NCBI GenBank assembly: GCA_044226015.1
Contig: JBGAHS010000004.1
Span: 768,001-832,000 of the forward strand
Reading direction: 5' to 3'
Source: Candidatus Obscuribacteraceae bacterium
Lineage (GTDB): Bacteria > Cyanobacteriota > Vampirovibrionia > Obscuribacterales > Obscuribacteraceae
DNA length: 64,000 bases
Below the pieces are notes generated by a model, which was not told where the DNA came from, searched no databases, and worked only from the letters and a program-made list of their open reading frames with translations. Positions 59,047 through 64,000 of the stretch are shown here, piece after piece (position 1 is the stretch's first letter; each line of letters begins with the position of its first letter). Made by a program: the position numbers and the translations under genes.

Positions 59047-60030
59047 ATGGATCTATTTTTGAAAGGATTGGGCTGCGTCGCAGTTCTTCTCGTTATTGGG
59101 GTCATCTTCTTTATATTCAAATTGCGGCAGTTTTCCAAGCAGTTGAGTAGCTCTGTGAGTCCTGCCGAAATTCACGTTCATTCTACAACCGAGGACAAGT
59201 GGTCTGATAAGAAAACTCGTGATGAGACAGTCGCAGCATTAAGCTCCAAAGGATTCATAAATCTGGGCATGTATCGCATCGATGAGATGCCACTGATACC
59301 TGTGATGGCCATGTCCCATGGGGAAAATCGTTTACTTGCAGTGCTCTATGAGCATCCAAAACTTGGAATTTGGATGGATTTTGTCGTGAAGTACCCGGGA
59401 GACAAATCGCTTACTGTGAGCAATGCTTCGATGGGCGGGCAGCTTGAGCACCGCCCAAATCACGACAAGGAATATATGCCAAAGGTGTCCATGGCTGACT
59501 TGTACACGAAAGTCATTGCGCTAAGTTCGGGCAAAGAAAAGGAGCCTGTCCCAACCGATAATGCCGGGTTTATTGAGGCAATGCAGAATTCCTACAGAGA
59601 CGACATGCTCTGGAGAAGCAGTCGTGGTGGCGTCAATGCTGAGGAGTTGAGGCGCCTGGCTGAGTCTTCTGGGCAGAAGGTTAATGATGAGATTATTCAG
59701 TCTGCCCTCGAGATTGAGCAGGGCAAAGCCTATTCCCGACTGGCTTCACAGTTGATTCCGCGTCTAGAGGCAGAAGGCATCATTCCATCATCTAGAAGCG
59801 AGGATTTTGATTCGAGCCTGGTCTTTGTGCATGATCAAATGGGTAAGGAGACTCTCGGCGAGATACTCAATCGCTTCGGCTTCCCGGCTATAAGTTCCTC
59901 TGAATCTCTGCGTGAATCTTTTGCTTCCTGGAATTCCTCTCTCTCTCCTGAAACCCGCTTCCAAAAGTTAGGGGCTCTCAAAACACCAGTTGAAATTGAC
60001 GTTTATAGGTCTCGGACGGCAATGCTCTAG
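59047..60030 (+). CDS. Membrane-anchored hypothetical protein
   Basis: 327 aa with an N-terminal TM. Confidence 0.8.
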   Translation: MDLFLKGLGCVAVLLVIGVIFFIFKLRQFSKQLSSSVSPAEIHVHSTTEDKWSDKKTRDETVAALSSKGFINLGMYRIDEMPLIPVMAMSHGENRLLAVLYEHPKLGIWMDFVVKYPGDKSLTVSNASMGGQLEHRPNHDKEYMPKVSMADLYTKVIALSSGKEKEPVPTDNAGFIEAMQNSYRDDMLWRSSRGGVNAEELRRLAESSGQKVNDEIIQSALEIEQGKAYSRLASQLIPRLEAEGIIPSSRSEDFDSSLVFVHDQMGKETLGEILNRFGFPAISSSESLRESFASWNSSLSPETRFQKLGALKTPVEIDVYRSRTAML

Positions 60031-60243
60031 ACTCGCAGAGCCCTCAAAGTTCACTGGTATGATGAGGACTGTCGCGCGGCTTCGCCGAATATGTAAGTCT
60101 TGGAGATCTTTAAGCGGACAAGCTCTGCGTCAAGATCGTCGGGGCGCTACGCCTCAAGCCGAAAAGAACTGAAGCGGAGGCTCAGATTGCAGTCAGACAG
60201 CCCTGCTGGTTCTTAAGTGTTGGTTTAAGAAAGCTTCGTCGAA

Positions 60244-62832
60244 TTAGTGAGCAGCGCCGCCACCATTTTTTTCGGCTTGTGCGTGATCAGACGAAATTAC
60301 TTCTACAGAGCAATTCGCCCAGACTGCGATTGCTTCTGAAACGCTACCTACAACGATTCTCTCGGCCAGATTTTTTCCTGCAGAACCGAGCACGATTAGA
60401 TTTACGTTTTCGTTTTCTGCAAACTCTAGAATTGCATCACTGGCATCGCCATCGATGACTGCATAACGTGCCCTTGCTTGCGGAATGTTCGCCTGCAGCT
60501 TTGCGACCGCTTTCTCCAGGCGTTGTTCTGCGAGCTGAACCTGCTTGTTTCTGTTCGATTGCAGTTCGTCAATTTCATAGCAGTCTGTATAATCTTGCAA
60601 GAAACCAGCAAGATTTGGAATTGCTGAGACACAAATGAATTCTGTATTCTCTTTCCACGGTCGTCTAGCGATTTCGAGCAATGCGTGAGCAGAAAATACT
60701 GAATCATCCAGTGCCACCAAAACCTTTGTTTCTGCAGTTGATTTCTTCTTTCTGCAGATGCGTACAGAGCAATGTGCTGAGAGTAGCAATGTGTGAGACA
60801 GGCTTTCCATGCGCTTTCTTGACCTGGAACCTGTGACTAACAGTTCTGTCCCACTTTGGCGAAGCAGTTCATATATTTCGGTTTTGATATCACCATTTAC
60901 TACCATTGTCTCGATGCGATGAAGTGTCTTGTTCGCGTCGTAAATCGAGCTGGCAACGTCTTGTACGAAGGCTTCTGCTTTGTCACTGTGTTGGGACGAA
61001 ACGGCTACGCTGAAAGGCACGTCTACTACATTTACGATAGTCAATTCAGAGCCCGCTGGCCATTGTGCTTCTTTGACTTCTTCGATTGCAACCCGTGAGT
61101 GCTCAGAGTCATCCACAGCCAATACAATGCTCAGTCCGTGAGACGGCGGAATAACCACTGATGGACGGTATCTCAGTGACGAGCTGTCTGTGGTTCTCGG
61201 TACAAGTGCATCCATGCCATCGATGCTGAACAACAATCCATTGCGAGCGCAGTCGAGTTTGAAAATTTGCAGAAATGTTGAACTTGAGTGATCCACCACG
61301 TTAACGGAATTCAGCAAACGAATGTGAATCGGCTTTCTATGTGCAAATGCTTTCTCACATGCAGAGCGAAGGTAAAGGGAGTTGAAGCACGCGAGTGAAC
61401 CAGAAATGTCTATGTTTGATGATTTTTCACCTAGTTCTACAGAGCTAATGGGGTTCGTCACCAAATTTGTGATGGTGGATAGTTCGAATTTGCCTGAAGA
61501 GCGAGAGTTGTAGTAAATGAGAAGGATGAACTTCAGAATTATTCCTGCAAGAATGCCGATTAACAAATCTGTGCTCACGGTTACGAGAATCGTCACCACA
61601 TAAACTAGTGTTTGCTCGGCCCCCATCGACCACATGTAGCGCCATTTGTGTGGACCTGCAAGCTTCCAGCCAATATGTACAAGCACGGCAGCCAGTGCCC
61701 CGAGCGGAATCATCTTAATGACCGAGCTAGCAAGCAGCAAGAACGTAATCAGGAAAAGTGCATTGTAGAAGTTAACCCATGCAGTTCTTCCGCCAGAATG
61801 AATACAAGTGGTGCTTTTGATAATGCCAGGAATGATAGTTAGGCCGCCGATCAAGCTTGAACAAATATTTGCGATACCCATTGCAAACAAGGTGCGATCT
61901 GGGCTTGATTTGCGATGCCACGGGTCAATTTTGTCTACTGCCAAAATTGTGGCGAGCGACTCGGTTCCATCAACAAACGTCAGTGTGAGTACCGTTACGA
62001 TGATCGAGCCAACAAGCGATGGGTCTGAAAACAAACCTTTGAAATCGGGCATTACTATGCCATGCTCTATCAAATTGGACGGAACATGAACCAGATATTT
62101 GGCATCAAGATGCCAGGCTGCCCCCAACAAGAGCGCAACGACCACTACTATTAGCTGAGGCGGTAAGGCATTGAGCCGCGGTAATTTCAGTTTCGGAATC
62201 AAGAATAAAAGCGCAAGGCTTGTCGACGATATTGCAAAAATTTGGGGTTGGAAATGCACCATTTCTTGTGGTGTTTCCATCACCATTCCCCAGAACTCAT
62301 GCGCTTTGTAAGAGTGACCGATGAAGTTGGGAATTTGCTTTGCAATCAACATGAATCCTATTGAGGAGAGCATGCCTTGAATTGCAGCGCTGGGAAACAG
62401 GTAGCTGAAGCGTGCAGCCTTCATGTAGGTCAGAACGATCTGCAAGAGTCCAACAAACAAAATCACTGCTGTCACGAGGTGATAGCCAGTGTCCATGTTG
62501 CCTTTGCCTAGCGTCAAAATCGAAGAGTACAAAACCGGAGCCAGTCCAGCTGCCGGTCCGCAAATGGTCACAAAAGAACCGCCTAGAAACGGAAATACTA
62601 GCCCAGCGATTATCTCGGAAGTTAATCCGCACAGAGGCGGTGCTCCTGACGATAAGGCGATACCTAACGAGAGAGGAACCGAAACGAGGGCGACAACCAG
62701 ACCCGCCAGCATGTCCTGTTTCCAGTTAACCAGCCCTTTTAACCCATTTTGCGGAATTATCTTGTTGACTTGGGAACGGGAAAATTTCGAGGTGGTGGTG
62801 CTGGTACTGGTGGTGTTGCTAGCCGTGGTCAT
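60244..62832 (-). CDS. SulP/SLC26 anion transporter fused to a STAS-like domain and two universal stress protein domains
   Basis: QDMLAG..VALVSVPL, GPAAG; USP motifs LAVDDS, VALDDS, LIVLGS, GSVSE. Start set to the ATG at 62832. Confidence 0.9.
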   Translation of the reverse strand: MTTASNTTSTSTTTSKFSRSQVNKIIPQNGLKGLVNWKQDMLAGLVVALVSVPLSLGIALSSGAPPLCGLTSEIIAGLVFPFLGGSFVTICGPAAGLAPVLYSSILTLGKGNMDTGYHLVTAVILFVGLLQIVLTYMKAARFSYLFPSAAIQGMLSSIGFMLIAKQIPNFIGHSYKAHEFWGMVMETPQEMVHFQPQIFAISSTSLALLFLIPKLKLPRLNALPPQLIVVVVALLLGAAWHLDAKYLVHVPSNLIEHGIVMPDFKGLFSDPSLVGSIIVTVLTLTFVDGTESLATILAVDKIDPWHRKSSPDRTLFAMGIANICSSLIGGLTIIPGIIKSTTCIHSGGRTAWVNFYNALFLITFLLLASSVIKMIPLGALAAVLVHIGWKLAGPHKWRYMWSMGAEQTLVYVVTILVTVSTDLLIGILAGIILKFILLIYYNSRSSGKFELSTITNLVTNPISSVELGEKSSNIDISGSLACFNSLYLRSACEKAFAHRKPIHIRLLNSVNVVDHSSSTFLQIFKLDCARNGLLFSIDGMDALVPRTTDSSSLRYRPSVVIPPSHGLSIVLAVDDSEHSRVAIEEVKEAQWPAGSELTIVNVVDVPFSVAVSSQHSDKAEAFVQDVASSIYDANKTLHRIETMVVNGDIKTEIYELLRQSGTELLVTGSRSRKRMESLSHTLLLSAHCSVRICRKKKSTAETKVLVALDDSVFSAHALLEIARRPWKENTEFICVSAIPNLAGFLQDYTDCYEIDELQSNRNKQVQLAEQRLEKAVAKLQANIPQARARYAVIDGDASDAILEFAENENVNLIVLGSAGKNLAERIVVGSVSEAIAVWANCSVEVISSDHAQAEKNGGGAAH

Positions 62833-62996
62833 CTTTGAATCCGAGTCAATAGGGTGCCAAAAACGGAATTGCCTTTTTGAGTTTATTGATAGATTGTGAT
62901 TAAATTGGGTTCGATATGGTCCTTGTAAACTTTCGTGGATGCGTATTTGTAGCGTTTCGGAAGTTAGAGTCATCTCCGCCCTGCTGTTCTTCGAAC

Positions 62997-63122
62997 GGGA
63001 GCTCCGCCATCCTGGCGTTTCTGGTCACTAGATGCCGGCATCCTGTGGGCATCGAGAGAAGCATTATCTTGCTGTGCTTGCTTGCGAATCTGGGCGAAAG
63101 CAGCCAGGATGGCTGCGCTCCC
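62997..63122. repeat. Inverted pair of REP-like palindromes (REPIN-like)
   Basis: GGGAGCTCCGCCATCCTGGCG ... GCAGCCAGGATGGCTGCGCTCCC. Confidence 0.6.
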
Positions 63123-63453
63123 AGATCCGTCAATTCTCTAGGCTCTAGGGCTGCTCACTTCGGATCTGGCTCCATGATTCTTCATGAATCATCGGAAATT
63201 ACGCATATTTCAGACTGCTGGAAAAACTCCGTTCGGCTATCGAGTTCAATCTCGAAAGATAACCATGTCAGTCCTTTTCAGAGACGGATTGCTGAATGGT
63301 GTCAAATCGGTAAGAAACATTTGCGGCTCAGGGGTCGGAAAAGTCTGATATTACGTATTTTCACCGATTTGAAAGTGTGACCTCTCATCTATATTTGAAC
63401 GACGGTGCTTGGGTCAGTACCAAAAACTTCGACCGTTTCCTGGAGATTCTAAA

Positions 63454-64000
63454 TTGAAAAACTTCAAAACCAGCAGAACTCATGGTTATTTAGCAGTTGC
63501 ATTAACCATGACGATTGGTTCGAGCTATGCATTCCAGCCATGCTTAGCGCAGACAGCTCCGGGACACTCGCCGTTCAATCTTGACCTGACCTCGAAGTCA
63601 GCGATTCTAAGTCCTGGGCACCTGGTCGATAAAGGACCGATTACCATCACGGTTGGTTCACAACAAATCGTCGTAGACCCCAGTTCTAACCTGACACCAG
63701 CTGAGAGATTGGCTGTGTATCAGGTTTTTTCGACAGGGCAACAACAAATTATTTTGGGACCACAGGGAAATGCTATTGGAGGCTCGCTGAATATTGGCGC
63801 AAATTTCAGCACCTATGTTTCTGGTCTCACAGTGCCGAAGAACGTCACCGTGGTTACAAACGCTGGTGTCGCACCAAACTTGAATCTGACCGGTGCACTC
63901 GTTAATGCTGGAAAAATATATGCTTATTCAAGTGTACCGGCGGTAAACACTGCAAACATTTCAGCGCTGAGCATCTACAACAACGGAACTCTTTCTTCTG
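63454..64000 (+). CDS. N-terminus of a secreted, probably large beta-strand-rich adhesin-like protein (partial)
   Basis: GGAG RBS, TTG start; MKNFKTSRTHGYLAVALTMTIGSSYAFQPCLAQ...NLDLTS...LTPAERLAVYQV...LNLTGALVNAG, open to the window edge. Confidence 0.75.
   Translation, partial: MKNFKTSRTHGYLAVALTMTIGSSYAFQPCLAQTAPGHSPFNLDLTSKSAILSPGHLVDKGPITITVGSQQIVVDPSSNLTPAERLAVYQVFSTGQQQIILGPQGNAIGGSLNIGANFSTYVSGLTVPKNVTVVTNAGVAPNLNLTGALVNAGKIYAYSSVPAVNTANISALSIYNNGTLSS

Noticed and set aside
60070..60160. Short GC hairpins between convergent genes
   Set aside because: Too short to tell apart from terminators or decayed REPs.

Overview
Gene-dense bacterial chromosomal segment. It probably comes from a non-photosynthetic relative of cyanobacteria (Vampirovibrionia/Melainabacteria, Obscuribacterales-like). 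This is an inference from the cyanobacterial-type PurA N-terminus, the many TPR proteins and Ser/Thr kinases, and the giant low-complexity surface proteins. Housekeeping genes: purA, holB, a CbpA/DnaJ-like protein, agmatinase, and rpmG-tRNA-Trp-secE-nusG-rplK-rplA. Best candidates for something undescribed: (1) a single 815-aa polypeptide fusing a DUF692/MNIO oxidase, its DUF2063-type partner and a class I SAM methyltransferase, with no canonical Cys-rich precursor next to it; (2) two paralogous TrbL/VirB6-like membrane proteins with Gly-rich extensions that share a 29/35-nt upstream motif; (3) a duplicated head-to-head module of a serine hydrolase and a pilin-like lipoprotein; (4) an unnamed ~170-aa domain found both as a stand-alone protein and as the input domain of a nearby NarX-like kinase; (5) tandem membrane 'spermidine synthase' paralogs with methyltransferase-like motifs; (6) a stand-alone HisRS/HisZ-like catalytic-domain paralog. 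No CRISPR array, rRNA or transposase was seen. All family assignments come from reading motifs by eye, not from database searches.
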